DNA of 64,000 bases from Candidatus Moranbacteria bacterium GW2011_GWC2_40_12 (GCA_000995965.1 LBYD01000002.1:71889-135888); one strand, 5' to 3'. Counted from the first letter of the stretch, positions 1-9,872 are shown. Program-made: numbers and translations. The notes: a model not told the origin generated them from the sequence alone.

Positions 1-802
1 CCCTCTTTTTAATTTCAGTCTTGGCAAAATTGAGCCCATAAAGCACCTTACTTTTGTCATACAGCTCCGTCTGCGGCGTGTTTATGTATTTGGCCGTTTT
101 CTCATCCCCGCCGGGAGCCACCCGCGCCGCAAACCCAACGACGCGTCCCATGATATCCTGAACCGGGAACACGATTCGATCCCTGAACCTGTCGTAATAT
201 TTCGTGTCCTGCGCCTGGTATTTTGAATTTGGTATTTTCTTTTCAAAACCTTTTTCAACCAATAAGCCGGTTTTTGCAATGTCAGCAACGCTGAAATTTT
301 TCTTTTTCAAAAACTCTAGCAGATTCCTCCAGCCTTCCGGCGCGTACCCCAGGCGGAATTTTTTTATTGTTTCATCCTCAAGACCGCGTCCGCGCAAGTA
401 TCCCAATATTTTTTCCTTCCCTCTCCCTTCCCAAAGATTTTTTTCGTACCATTTCGCCGCCAGTTCCAGAATATTGTACAGCTTCGGCTTCACGCTTTCT
501 TTTTCTTTGTCTCCTTTCTCAAATCTTTTGAGCTCAATTCCCGCTTTTTGGGCCAGCTGCTCAAGCGCTTCCCTGAATTCAAGCCCCTCCATCTCCATCA
601 CGAAAGTGAAAATATCCCCGCCTTTCCCGCAACCGAAACAATGAAAGCTCCGGCGTTCCTCACTCACCATGAATGAAGGCGTTTTTTCATTATGAAAAGG
701 GCAGAGAGCTCTCCAGGCGCTCCCTGCTTTTTGCAGCCGGACATATTCTCCGACCAGATCAACGACACTTATTCTGTTTTTTATATCTTCGACGTCGGAC
801 AT
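1..802 (-). CDS. dnaG: DNA primase, N-terminal part (runs off the window start)
   Basis: Manual translation from ATG at 802 gives MSDVEDIKNRISVVDLVGEYVRLQKAGSAWRALCPFHNEKTPSF...FHCFGCGKGGDIF, a CHC2 zinc finger. Later DRFRSRIVF and KYINTPQT are primase core motifs. Confidence 0.95.
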   Translation of the reverse strand, partial: MSDVEDIKNRISVVDLVGEYVRLQKAGSAWRALCPFHNEKTPSFMVSEERRSFHCFGCGKGGDIFTFVMEMEGLEFREALEQLAQKAGIELKRFEKGDKEKESVKPKLYNILELAAKWYEKNLWEGRGKEKILGYLRGRGLEDETIKKFRLGYAPEGWRNLLEFLKKKNFSVADIAKTGLLVEKGFEKKIPNSKYQAQDTKYYDRFRDRIVFPVQDIMGRVVGFAARVAPGGDEKTAKYINTPQTELYDKSKVLYGLNFAKTEIKKR

Positions 803-886
803 TGAGTTCGCGTGGCGCACAACGCAAAACCAATAACGCATTAGAAAAATTCCATACATTCTGCGTTCTGCGTTCCAAGTTATACG

Positions 887-1159
887 TTATACGAGGAAAC
901 ACGTTTTCGCTTTGATTCCCTTGAGCTTGTTCAGCTCTTTCGCGAGCGCATCAATTTCCTTGGCCGTTCCCTCCGCCGCGACAACAATCAGTGCCAGACA
1001 ATTTTGAACGCAGTGCCGCTGGACATTCACTCCCAGCCGGGCCATGATGAGCCGGCCATTATTCGTCAGAATCCGGTTGACGCTTGCCGAAAGGCCCTTC
1101 CGGTCGCTCACAAAGATCGTGATGGTCGCAAGATGCATTTTTTTCTTTTTTTCAGGCAT
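887..1159 (-). CDS. TM1266/NikR-C-like small ACT-fold regulator
   Basis: 90 aa with the pattern VNRILT..G.LIMARLG...LALIVVAAEGT..EI.AL..EL..L.GIKAKT, resembling the TM1266 family. Confidence 0.6.
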   Translation of the reverse strand: MPEKKKKMHLATITIFVSDRKGLSASVNRILTNNGRLIMARLGVNVQRHCVQNCLALIVVAAEGTAKEIDALAKELNKLKGIKAKTCFLV

Positions 1160-1236
1160 ACTATCACTCTAAACGATAAGCGAAAAATACTCAAATTTAT
1201 TTCTTTTTTCCAAATTTCCCCGATTTCCCGAATCTC

Positions 1237-1809
1237 CTACCTTCCAAACAACATTTTTTTGAATTCTTTCCGGTATTTCCCGTCAAACCGGACCCGGAGG
1301 AGTGAATTTTTGAGTTCTCCCTCATAAAAATCAGGATCTTCGGAAAGTTTCAGGAATTCTTTGAACTTGATCAGCCTCGTTTCCATTTTTTCTCCCGCGT
1401 CCGGACACGGTTCTTGAATTTTCACGCAATCTCGAGCGACAAAATAATATATCGTCCAAACAATTTTATTATAGGGTTTTATTTCCTTCCAGAGTATCCA
1501 TTCTTTGGAAGCGTATCCGGTTTCTTCCAGAAATTCTCTTTTTGCAGCTTGGATTGGAGACTCTCTTCCATCAACTCTGCCACCAGCTAAAGTATTTTTA
1601 CTTTTCTTCCAATCCGGCTGCTTCTGTCGGAGAATTATTATCCTTTTTCCAACAACTCCAACAATATTCACCGTATCCGGCCGCTTTATTTTTTCAAAAG
1701 TTGCCAGGCTTCCGTCGAACATTTTCTGCTTCCATTGCCAGACGTCGAAAATGACGCCCCTGAAAACACGTTTGGCATTTTTTGGCAGTGTTTTATCAAT
1801 GCTTGGCAT
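1237..1809 (-). CDS. NUDIX hydrolase (ADP-ribose pyrophosphatase-like)
   Basis: Nudix box GGRVDGRESPIQAAKREFLEETGY; probable start MPSID at 1809. Confidence 0.9.
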   Translation of the reverse strand: MPSIDKTLPKNAKRVFRGVIFDVWQWKQKMFDGSLATFEKIKRPDTVNIVGVVGKRIIILRQKQPDWKKSKNTLAGGRVDGRESPIQAAKREFLEETGYASKEWILWKEIKPYNKIVWTIYYFVARDCVKIQEPCPDAGEKMETRLIKFKEFLKLSEDPDFYEGELKNSLLRVRFDGKYRKEFKKMLFGR

Positions 1810-1816
1810 AATAATT

Positions 1817-2194
1817 TTAGCTTTTCCACAATCCGTGCAAGTTGCAGTATTCCCGCGCAACAATATTTTCCGCTTCGACGCAAAATTCCGCTTCGGGAGC
1901 GTCGCCTGGTTTCAGGAATTTTCGATAGACCTTCCCGTCTGCCAAAATCTCAATCCATTCGATATGGTGCTCCGGAATCATTGGGTGAGGAACTGACCCG
2001 ATTTTGACTTTCACGCCTTTTTCCGTTTTCTCAATCACCGGCACATGTTTTTCCGTGAGGCCTTCCTCCTCGGTCTTTTCCGCCAGAAGTTCCATCGGCT
2101 CGCCGCAACAGACAAGTTCGCCGACACCCGTGTGCAAAACTTCCACGATATTCCCGCACTCTGCGCATTTATAAATTTGGTTTAGTTCGGTCAT
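1817..2194 (-). CDS. dfx: Desulfoferrodoxin (superoxide reductase)
   Basis: CAECGN...LVCCG centre I; EKHVP, HPM...HHIEWI and YCNLHGLW centre II. Confidence 0.95.
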   Translation of the reverse strand: MTELNQIYKCAECGNIVEVLHTGVGELVCCGEPMELLAEKTEEEGLTEKHVPVIEKTEKGVKVKIGSVPHPMIPEHHIEWIEILADGKVYRKFLKPGDAPEAEFCVEAENIVAREYCNLHGLWKS

Positions 2195-2270
2195 ATATAT
2201 TTTCCTAATTATTATCTTTTATTTTTCTCAATCCTTCAAGGAATAATACTAAATCTGCCCTTAATATGTT

Positions 2271-3440
2271 TCAGCTGGCTCGATTCCGGCGCAACACGAA
2301 ATACAGAAAAAAGAACGCGACGGCCGCGTATCCGGCACTCAAGAAAAACGGGAGAGTTATATTCGCTTCAAAGGCCCATCCGGCAACAATTGGTCCCGAA
2401 ATCATGGAAAGCGACACGATCGAAGACGATATGCCGAGGATTTCTCCTTTTGCTCCGTCCTCCGCTTCGCCAGCGATGCGGCTGACCATAACCGCGCGAA
2501 GAAGGGACTGGCTGAAAGACAGAACAACGACCCCGAGGATGAAAATTAAAAGTAATTTCACGCTTACAATCAAAAATCCGGCGAGGCAGGCGAGAAGGCC
2601 TCCGAGAATAAGGCTGTTCTCTTCAAATTTTTTCAGCCAAAATTTTCGCAGCATGACTGCCTGATTGAACGCAATGATTACGCCCATGCCCGTGAGAAAA
2701 AGACCGGCTTCAAATGCGCCCAGGCCGAATTCGGCGCTGATATAAAGAGCAAATACAGCCTGCAATCCGGACATGGAAGCCAAAAATAGGAACCAGGAAA
2801 TGAAATAGGGCCGAAGTGAAACATTTTGAAAAGCTTTCACGATCGGGCGAAAGGGATTGAGGCTGATTTTGACTTTTCGAAGAACCGCATTTGATTCGGG
2901 AAGAAAGAAAAAAGCAACGATAGCGTTTGCAAGCGCCAAAAATCCCGTGAACCAGAAAGGAAGCGCGTGGGAAATCGAGCTCAAGACGCCTCCGATAAGC
3001 GGACCGACAATGAAGCCGATTCCGATGACCGCCCCAATGAGTCCAATGTTCGCCGTTCGCTCTTTGTCTGTTTTGGAAATATCAACCAAATAGCTTTGCG
3101 CTGTGGAGACGTTCCCCGCGGCCAGTCCGTCAATTATTCTCCCAAGAAAAAGAATCGGCAGAGTCCGCGCGCCCGCGAACACGAACCAGCCGGCTGAAGT
3201 GCTAAGGATACTCGCGATGAAGACCGGCCTTCTCCCGAACCGGTCCGAAAGAGCGCCCAGCACCGGCGCGCTCAAAAAAGAACACAGCGCGAAAATTGAA
3301 AAAAGCAGGGTAATAGTTTTAGGCGTTGCGCCGAAAGACTCGACATAAAAAGGAAGGACCGGCGCCACAACACCGAACCCGACAATATCAACAAAAACCG
3401 CCGCGAGGATTATGAATTTTTCTTTGGAAATTTTTATCAC
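2271..3440 (-). CDS. MFS transporter, TetA/DHA1-like
   Basis: About 12 hydrophobic segments; motif A GALSDRFGRRPV; motif C GFIVGPLIGG. Confidence 0.9.
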   Translation of the reverse strand: MIKISKEKFIILAAVFVDIVGFGVVAPVLPFYVESFGATPKTITLLFSIFALCSFLSAPVLGALSDRFGRRPVFIASILSTSAGWFVFAGARTLPILFLGRIIDGLAAGNVSTAQSYLVDISKTDKERTANIGLIGAVIGIGFIVGPLIGGVLSSISHALPFWFTGFLALANAIVAFFFLPESNAVLRKVKISLNPFRPIVKAFQNVSLRPYFISWFLFLASMSGLQAVFALYISAEFGLGAFEAGLFLTGMGVIIAFNQAVMLRKFWLKKFEENSLILGGLLACLAGFLIVSVKLLLIFILGVVVLSFSQSLLRAVMVSRIAGEAEDGAKGEILGISSSIVSLSMISGPIVAGWAFEANITLPFFLSAGYAAVAFFFLYFVLRRNRAS

Positions 3441-3500
3441 GTTTTGTAATTTTCTTTCCCCGTATTATTTTTCATTTTATAAAAGCTAAAAAAATTTCTT

Positions 3501-4178
3501 CTATTCCAGTCCCCCGATCTCCCTTTCCAGCTTCTTGAGAAAATTTTCTGAAAATTTCATGCGCTTTCGAGCGATTTCCTTCGTTTTTTTTGTGTAAAGC
3601 GATTTCAGAATGTGTTTACCCTTCGTTTCCCATGAGAGTTGGGGGCTGTGTTTGGTTTTGTCCCTGAGACGCCCTTTGAGACTGCCTCCCAAATTTTCTT
3701 GGGCGTATTTCTCGATGTCCATTTTTCGGAAAATGTGAGCGTTGTTTTTTCCCACCCAAACGAATTGTCTCGCAATTCCGATTGCCCCGATCGTATCCAA
3801 TTTATCGGAATCGAATACGATTTGCGCTTCTTTAGTTTTTGGCTTGTTTTCGGTCCGGTAGCGATGCGTTATGATGCAGTCGCAAATATGCCGAATTTTC
3901 TCTTCCGAAAATCCCAGTTTTTGAAGAAACGGCCCGGCGATCTTCGCGCTTTCAATCGCGTGATCAAATTTGCCCGACTTGCTTTTCATTTCCTTGGACC
4001 CGCCGATGTCGTGGAGCAGAATCGCAATCTTCACTACTTCAAGATCAATTTTCTCGTCTTTCGAAATTTTCAGCGCGTTATTATACACCCGGTTCACGTG
4101 ATCCATATTATGAGCCGAGCATTTATCCCGCGCCATATACCCCTCGGCGAATTTTTTGATTTTTCCAAGCTTGTTCAT
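3501..4178 (-). CDS. HD-domain phosphohydrolase
   Basis: AHNMDHVNRV...LLHDIG...DH...HRY...DSDKLD motifs. Confidence 0.9.
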   Translation of the reverse strand: MNKLGKIKKFAEGYMARDKCSAHNMDHVNRVYNNALKISKDEKIDLEVVKIAILLHDIGGSKEMKSKSGKFDHAIESAKIAGPFLQKLGFSEEKIRHICDCIITHRYRTENKPKTKEAQIVFDSDKLDTIGAIGIARQFVWVGKNNAHIFRKMDIEKYAQENLGGSLKGRLRDKTKHSPQLSWETKGKHILKSLYTKKTKEIARKRMKFSENFLKKLEREIGGLE

Positions 4179-4223
4179 AAATTATATTCTCACCGAAGCC
4201 ATTCAAGGTCTCACCTCGAATGG

Positions 4224-4994
4224 CTACAGGCTTTCGATCACCTTTTTAAATTTCAGAACTTTTTCCCTGTCATTCCTGTCGAAAAGAAACGGTTCGACAT
4301 CGCGCGCCAAAATCTGAAAATCCAATCCCTCGCATTTTTGCAAAAGTTTTTTCTTGAGTGCCGGAATTGTCGCGATGCCGGTTTTTGCTTTGAGATATTT
4401 GAAATTGGGCTTTGTTTTAGAAAGCAGAAAAACAACGTCGAAAAAATCCCTTCCCAAGCTGCGTTTTCGGTTGAAGATCGCGAAAATTTTCTGGCTCAAA
4501 ATGACATCCGGCGGAGTCACCCTGATTTCGCGAAAAACGTCGAACTTATTGAGAAGATGTATGTCCGGCTCGTATTTCATTCCATGCGCGGCAGTGTCAA
4601 TCTGGATCAATATTTTTTCTTCTTTCGCGACAGCCAACCCATACTTTTGCAGAATTTCAGGAAATCTCACATAGCAGCGGAAAGCGCCTTTGGAAACAAT
4701 TCTCGTCTCGACCAAAAACCCTTCTTCTTCGAGTTCCTTTTTGACGCTGGAAGCGATGGCTGAAAATTCCGGCAATTTCAGCCCGAAGTTGTCAAAATCA
4801 AGATCTTCCGAAAACCGGGTGTTATTGTGCACGATGCGAAGCACCGTTCCGCCCAAAAAGGAAAGTTTTCTGCCGAGTTTGTGGCGAAATACGATGCCCA
4901 GAATCTTGTATTGCAGATATTCCTTATACAAGAACCTGGGAACGCCCCGCAATTCCGGGGGATATTCTTCGAGAATGTTTTTGATGTCAAGCAT
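4224..4994 (-). CDS. abiEii: AbiEii-type nucleotidyltransferase toxin (type IV TA)
   Basis: FLGGTVLR...RFSEDLDF nucleotidyltransferase motif and KIFA...RDFFD; overlaps the upstream antitoxin. Confidence 0.88.
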   Translation of the reverse strand: MLDIKNILEEYPPELRGVPRFLYKEYLQYKILGIVFRHKLGRKLSFLGGTVLRIVHNNTRFSEDLDFDNFGLKLPEFSAIASSVKKELEEEGFLVETRIVSKGAFRCYVRFPEILQKYGLAVAKEEKILIQIDTAAHGMKYEPDIHLLNKFDVFREIRVTPPDVILSQKIFAIFNRKRSLGRDFFDVVFLLSKTKPNFKYLKAKTGIATIPALKKKLLQKCEGLDFQILARDVEPFLFDRNDREKVLKFKKVIESL

Positions 4995-5610
4995 ACACCC
5001 TTCTTAAGATGTTAATCTTTTTCTTCAACTGCCAGGAATTCGCAATAGTGAGATATTTCGCCATTTTTTGGCTTTTCAATATTTTTTTTATGATTTCGCG
5101 GTTGAGACGCATCTCGCGGAAGTCATCTGCCGTTTTGAGATCCTCTCGCAGATACAGAAAATCCAGAATGGCTTTTTCCGGATCGGCGATGAGAAATGAA
5201 TATTCTTTCGCCTTTGCCAGAGAATAACCGAAGAATAATTCTTTTTTGACCTTCTTATAGAGAAAATTCGTCGCGACTGCGTTGAGGTGCGCGCTCACGG
5301 TGCGCGTTTTGAGAGTTGAAACGGAAAGAATGCTGAAAACTCCTTCCGGAATAAGGCCGTGATAGGAAAGAGCGGTTTCGAGGCTCACATAGGAGGGCTC
5401 GTGGATTTTGTTGGCGATGAAGAAAAGTTTTCGCTCGTCAAGAGGCTGATCCGCGAAAATATAGAAATTACTGGCAATCTTCTTGAGGTATCCTTTCCCC
5501 TGCCATTCGCTGATTCGGCGCCGGTCGAATTTCGGGAACACGGTGAAGACGTCCCGCATGTCCACGAGAGGAAAACCGCCGAATTGCTTCTGAAAATTCA
5601 GGTAATTCAT
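4987..5610 (-). CDS. abiEi: AbiEi-type antitoxin/transcriptional regulator
   Basis: N-terminal wHTH-like segment, PSYVSLETALSYHGLIPE and ADPEKAILDFLY motifs; directly upstream of AbiEii. Confidence 0.85.
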   Translation of the reverse strand: MNYLNFQKQFGGFPLVDMRDVFTVFPKFDRRRISEWQGKGYLKKIASNFYIFADQPLDERKLFFIANKIHEPSYVSLETALSYHGLIPEGVFSILSVSTLKTRTVSAHLNAVATNFLYKKVKKELFFGYSLAKAKEYSFLIADPEKAILDFLYLREDLKTADDFREMRLNREIIKKILKSQKMAKYLTIANSWQLKKKINILRRVYA

Positions 5611-5674
5611 AATTCCATATTATGTTATTTTTAACATATATTGGAATTATATCACCTTGTCGGCCTTTTGTCAA
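5611..5674 (-). promoter_or_regulatory. Consensus sigma70 promoter of the abiE operon with an overlapping inverted-repeat operator
   Basis: TTGACA (5674-5669), 17-nt spacer ending TGA, TATAAT (5651-5646). Imperfect IR aattcca.tattatgtta / taacatata.ttggaatt at 5611-5648. Confidence 0.8.
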
Positions 5675-5947
5675 ACTCCGCGTGCCGCCGCAAAATCCAG
5701 CCCTATTTCCCCGCCGCGGGGAGATTTATCCCGTACCACAGAAAGAAGTTTGCAGTATCCGACAGAGATTACAATTTTGCGTTTTTTATCCATCACCCTA
5801 CAGACTCATGCTACATTTCCTGTGGTATAAGACGAACCAATGCCACCGTTCCGATTAGTAAAAGATGATTTTACATGAGTTCATTAAGTTTATCTAATGT
5901 TTGTCTAAAAGTTTATCTAAAATATTCACACAAACAGTGACTTTTAG

Positions 5948-7606
5948 CTAAACTTTGCTCCATTTAGGGTATCTGGTTGTTCCCGTATTTACAATAGTTC
6001 TATCCTTTTTTGACATAGCATAGACGATATTCCTTATCTTATTCTTCTTCTGTTGTTCGTCTAAAATTCTAGGTAGTATATCTACAATTAATTTTTCGAT
6101 ATCATTTTTTGACGCTGTCTTATATTTTTCCAAATATTCAAGAATCATTTTTTTGTAATGATCGTCTTTAAATCCCCTCATCTTAATGTATTCACTTTTC
6201 TCTCCAGTTCGAGAAGCAACCATTGAAGAAATGTACAAATTAGGACTCCGCCCCTCAATTAGTCCGCGATTCCTAAGTTTTTTGTTTTCAATCGAGGAAA
6301 GTTCCTTTCTTTTTTGAACCTTGTCTAAAGCTATTATAGTTTTCAGGTCCAGATCTGGAATCTGGACAAGTTTTCTTGCATATTTGACATCTAGGACTTT
6401 TCCAATAATTACAAGCTTCACTTTATTTCCGGTCAAATCATATTCAGGGAGAGGGAAGAATCTATTTTTCTGAGATATAAACATCTTCTTTATCCCGCTC
6501 CCTATTGTATCAATCATATTTACATTAACCATCGCATCTGTGAGAAATTTATTTCTATAATACTCAGACGGGGAATCAGATTCTATTACATTCTCAATAG
6601 TCCCTGGAATAAAAGATCCGAGATTTGAAAAAACTAGATTATCATCTTCGTTTTCTACAACATTTATTTTTCCGCCTAATTCATAATCTTGGTGCGCAAT
6701 ACAATTATTGATAGCTTCTCGAATGGTTGCCGGATCATATCTATCAATTTCATCCGGGAATAGTGTTCTGTCGGAAATATACCTATAGCGCAAGTTTCTG
6801 ATTTTCTTATAAACATTGTCTACAGCTAAAATTAGAGGACAGCTGAAATGTTCATAATCTTTCTCAACTCCGTCTTTATTCTTTAAGATCCATGATATTT
6901 TTGCATTTGCGGGATTAATGAAGTGTTCTGATTCTGATTTTCCTAACAACACAATAGCAGTTCTGGTTATTTCGCTGTTTATTGTAATTTTTGCCTTATT
7001 CAAGAAAATTTCGTCACTCCAATTTCCAATTTCTTTTCCTGCAAGTTTAGGATTTTTGCGAGAGAAACCCTCTCTTGCTTTTTGAATCGCGATGGGATCT
7101 AAATCTTTAATTTTTGCGCCGTCACAAATTTGTGAACTCCAATCTTCTAATTTTGCCTGCGATCGAATCCTTTCTATTTTTTCGATACTTAATGGAACAA
7201 GACTTTCATTGTCTCTTGCATAATAGTGTCCCTGCCAAGCAGTCGGTATTCCTCTTGGCGCTGGTGGAATTTCAAAAATAATGACCCTCTTTCCATTTTT
7301 CTTAGCCTCATAAATTTCCACAAAAAAAATTCCGTTTATGGTTTGCTGAGCTATTTCATGTTTCAGGCTATTTAATTTAGAAAGATCCTTTCTATAGCTA
7401 GTTCCAATAATTTGCTTGTTGTTTTTGATACCAAAAATAAGCCAAGCAGAGTTTTTATTTTTTAAATTTGTCTCATTGCTAAGTGCGCTAAAGCATTTAC
7501 CAAGCTCCTTGAAATCAAAATTGGTTTTTGCTTCTTTCCATTCGACTACCTCATTTTCAGCCGGAAGAGAAAGAAGTAAATCGAGCTGTTTGATTATATT
7601 TTTCAT
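5948..7606 (-). CDS. Schlafen/AlbA_2 + HATPase_c_4 + C-terminal wHTH protein
   Basis: ENEVVEWKEA...SALSNE...LIFGIKN (AlbA_2); IREAINNCIAHQDY...SNLG...YRNKFL...IDTIGSGIKKM (HATPase_c_4). AT-rich relative to its flanks. Confidence 0.85.
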   Translation of the reverse strand: MKNIIKQLDLLLSLPAENEVVEWKEAKTNFDFKELGKCFSALSNETNLKNKNSAWLIFGIKNNKQIIGTSYRKDLSKLNSLKHEIAQQTINGIFFVEIYEAKKNGKRVIIFEIPPAPRGIPTAWQGHYYARDNESLVPLSIEKIERIRSQAKLEDWSSQICDGAKIKDLDPIAIQKAREGFSRKNPKLAGKEIGNWSDEIFLNKAKITINSEITRTAIVLLGKSESEHFINPANAKISWILKNKDGVEKDYEHFSCPLILAVDNVYKKIRNLRYRYISDRTLFPDEIDRYDPATIREAINNCIAHQDYELGGKINVVENEDDNLVFSNLGSFIPGTIENVIESDSPSEYYRNKFLTDAMVNVNMIDTIGSGIKKMFISQKNRFFPLPEYDLTGNKVKLVIIGKVLDVKYARKLVQIPDLDLKTIIALDKVQKRKELSSIENKKLRNRGLIEGRSPNLYISSMVASRTGEKSEYIKMRGFKDDHYKKMILEYLEKYKTASKNDIEKLIVDILPRILDEQQKKNKIRNIVYAMSKKDRTIVNTGTTRYPKWSKV

Positions 7607-7626
7607 AAAATATAGTTTATCTTTTC

Positions 7627-8237
7627 CTAACATTCAATGTTTGGAAAATTCATTTTAATTAAATCCACCGCTTTTATTGCATTGTCTTTGACGCTATCCA
7701 GTCCATCCAGCACCAAATCCGCCTTATTTTTATGTTTATTATTTTTCGCTTGGTCTCTTGCTTCAACTTCATCCCAATTTTCCAGGACAAATGTCTTCCA
7801 AAAATAATCCGTGCGTCCTCTCTCCGTGATTCTTCTCTTCCTTTCCTCTTCGTCCAGAGTAATTAATATTCGTAGATCAGCAGAGGGATAGGGATAAGTC
7901 GTGTCCATGATGTTCATCTGCCTCATCGTGAATTTTTTGTCGCTGCCGTCAACGCTCAAGCGGACAAATTTATCATAATCAAAGAGTGGCGTGGCAACTT
8001 CTTCTCCTAACGGACGGCTCATGATCTTTTCAATCAATTCCCAATCGTAATTGTCGCAAGTGAAATAGTCGAGAAAAAAACATCCGCGTGCTTTGATTTC
8101 AAATAATGGTCTCCGGGAATTTTCCCGCAATTTTCTACGCCCATTTTTTCAATCAGCGCGTTTCGCAAAGTCGATTTCCCCACCGCCGGAAGGCCAAAGA
8201 TATTTATCAATAATTTAGTGTCCGATTTTTTCTTCAC
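7627..8237 (-). pseudogene. P-loop nucleoside/nucleotide kinase (uridine-kinase-like), split by a frameshift
   Basis: Walker A GLPAVGKST is in ORF 8034-8237; the lid-like EEERKRRITERG is in ORF 7627-8130. The frames join if one T is added to the T7 run (a7 at 8074-8080). Confidence 0.7.
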
Positions 8238-8281
8238 TGGATTATTTGTCCTGCCCTAATGCTTAATTCAGAAAAGTGTTT

Positions 8282-8318
8282 GGCGTTCCGGTCAATGAAA
8301 GACCGGAACGCCCCTTTT
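8282..8318. terminator. Rho-independent terminator hairpin
   Basis: ggcgttccggtc-N7-gaccggaacgcc, a 12-bp perfect stem downstream of the small Zn-finger ORF. Confidence 0.7.
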
Positions 8319-8331
8319 TCATGGTCTCGAC

Positions 8332-8496
8332 TTAACGGTAAATCCTGCTCTTGTCTGGCTCGCACACATTGCAGACATCAATTTCTGCTTTGAGGCGAGA
8401 TCCGCTAAGGCTCCCTCCGCATTTGCTGCACGTCTTCCCCTTCTTATGGGTTTTAGTCCCCTTATCCTGCTTCGGCCTCCTTCCACGTCTTGCCAA
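8332..8496 (-). CDS. 54-aa basic CxxC...CxxC zinc-finger protein (absent from the ORF track)
   Basis: AGGAGG SD and TTG start; MARRGRRPKQDKGTKTHKKGKTCSKCGGSLSGSRLKAEIDVCNVCEPDKSRIYR; followed by a terminator. Confidence 0.7.
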   Translation of the reverse strand: MARRGRRPKQDKGTKTHKKGKTCSKCGGSLSGSRLKAEIDVCNVCEPDKSRIYR

Positions 8497-8647
8497 AAAC
8501 CGGCCTCCTCTGCTGTTTTCCTGGGGTTAATATTTTGAGGAACTACATCAAATTTTCACTACTTTTATACTACACAATCCCGAGAGGATTGCCAATAAAA
8601 ATGACTAGGATAGACCTAGGCATTTCGAAAATACTGGGTTTTTATTT

Positions 8648-9400
8648 TTAACCGAAGAAAACCAACTTTATCCCGAAAATTATTGCGACGATGATAAACA
8701 CCGCCCGGACCCATTTGTCTCCTTTTTTGATTGCGATATGAGCGCCAAGATATCCGCCGATCAGGGACCCAGCGATAAAGATAATGCCATAGTAATAATT
8801 TATCAAGTGGTGGAAAGCAAATATAATGACCGAAAACAAGACATTGAAAAAAACAGCCACTTTGTCAGTCGCGTTAGCCTGAATGTATGTAAATCCAAGA
8901 ATCATAACAAAGAGATAAGCAACCAATATCCCTCCGCCCATTCCCAGAAAACCGTCATAAACTGACAAGAAAAAATATAGTATCATTCCTAGAAATAGCA
9001 TTTTGGATTGTGCCCGATTTTTTTCCAAAATTCCGATATCTTTTTTCCACAAAACGATTGGAAGAAGAGCCAGAATAACCAGTCCGATTACTTTCAAAAG
9101 CAACGCTTTGTCGATATCGACCAGCAAATTCGCACCGATAACCCCTCCGATAGTGCTAACAATCACCAGAGGAATAACGTATCTATAGACAATCTTTCCG
9201 GACCGAAAAAATTTTACCAGGGTTCCGGTAACTCCTCCCAGGGTTCCGAGCCTATTCGTCGCCACCGCAACATCCGGTGAAAGCCCGAGAAAAATAAAAA
9301 TGGGAATAGAAAGCAGTCCTCCGCCGCCGGAAGTCACCCCGCCAATGAAACTCGCGACAATTCCCGTAAGGAATACGGCTATGGCAATTACAATACTCAT
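8648..9400 (-). CDS. TauE/SafE family transporter
   Basis: GGGGLLSIP...AVATN and the internal repeat YDGFLGMGGG; hydrophobic, 250 aa. Confidence 0.88.
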   Translation of the reverse strand: MSIVIAIAVFLTGIVASFIGGVTSGGGGLLSIPIFIFLGLSPDVAVATNRLGTLGGVTGTLVKFFRSGKIVYRYVIPLVIVSTIGGVIGANLLVDIDKALLLKVIGLVILALLPIVLWKKDIGILEKNRAQSKMLFLGMILYFFLSVYDGFLGMGGGILVAYLFVMILGFTYIQANATDKVAVFFNVLFSVIIFAFHHLINYYYGIIFIAGSLIGGYLGAHIAIKKGDKWVRAVFIIVAIIFGIKLVFFG

Positions 9401-9407
9401 AAATTAT

Positions 9408-9851
9408 TTAGGCTTTCGTAATTCTTGAAATGTTTCCATTTAGCGTTATCGGCTGCATCGCCAAGATTTCTTCCTTATATGACGCGTCCGGAATTCCGTT
9501 ATACAAATATATGGGTTTTCCGAGAACGTGGGCGAATCCCATTTCAAGAAACGTGTTCCCTCCGATATAGTTCTCAATCCCGTTTTTTTCGAGATTCAAA
9601 ATGAGGAGTGCATCCGATTCTCCAATTATTTTATAATAAAGCTTGATAACATCCTCCCTAATTTTGCGGCGGAACGCCCCGTCTTTGCTTTTTTGTTTTT
9701 CCCTTTTGAATTCTTCCAGCGTCAGCTCACCGCGGAGAATACGCTGGCTGGTGATTGGGATATCCACTTCATGCCCCTGATTCATGAGCAGATCAGCGAC
9801 TTCTTTTATCTTCGGCGTGAAATCAATACTCCCGCAGATGACAATTTTCAT
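9408..9851 (-). CDS. Nucleoside 2-deoxyribosyltransferase-fold hypothetical protein
   Basis: KIVICGS...SDALLILN...YIGGNTFLEMGFAHVLGKPIY resembles the NDT-like G.T..E.G.A...GKP motif. Confidence 0.55.
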   Translation of the reverse strand: MKIVICGSIDFTPKIKEVADLLMNQGHEVDIPITSQRILRGELTLEEFKREKQKSKDGAFRRKIREDVIKLYYKIIGESDALLILNLEKNGIENYIGGNTFLEMGFAHVLGKPIYLYNGIPDASYKEEILAMQPITLNGNISRITKA

Positions 9852-9872
9852 AATTTTTCGATTAATCTATTT

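Noticed and set aside
3639-4763. 374-aa plus-strand ORF, and other long antisense ORFs such as 33641-34495, 31334-32053 and 39838-40611
   Set aside because: These are shadow frames opposite well-supported genes and have no recognisable motifs.
5884-5922. Three short gttt(a/g)tctaa direct repeats as iterons
   Set aside because: They are too short and too few, and there is no rep gene; probably low-complexity sequence at the islet edge.
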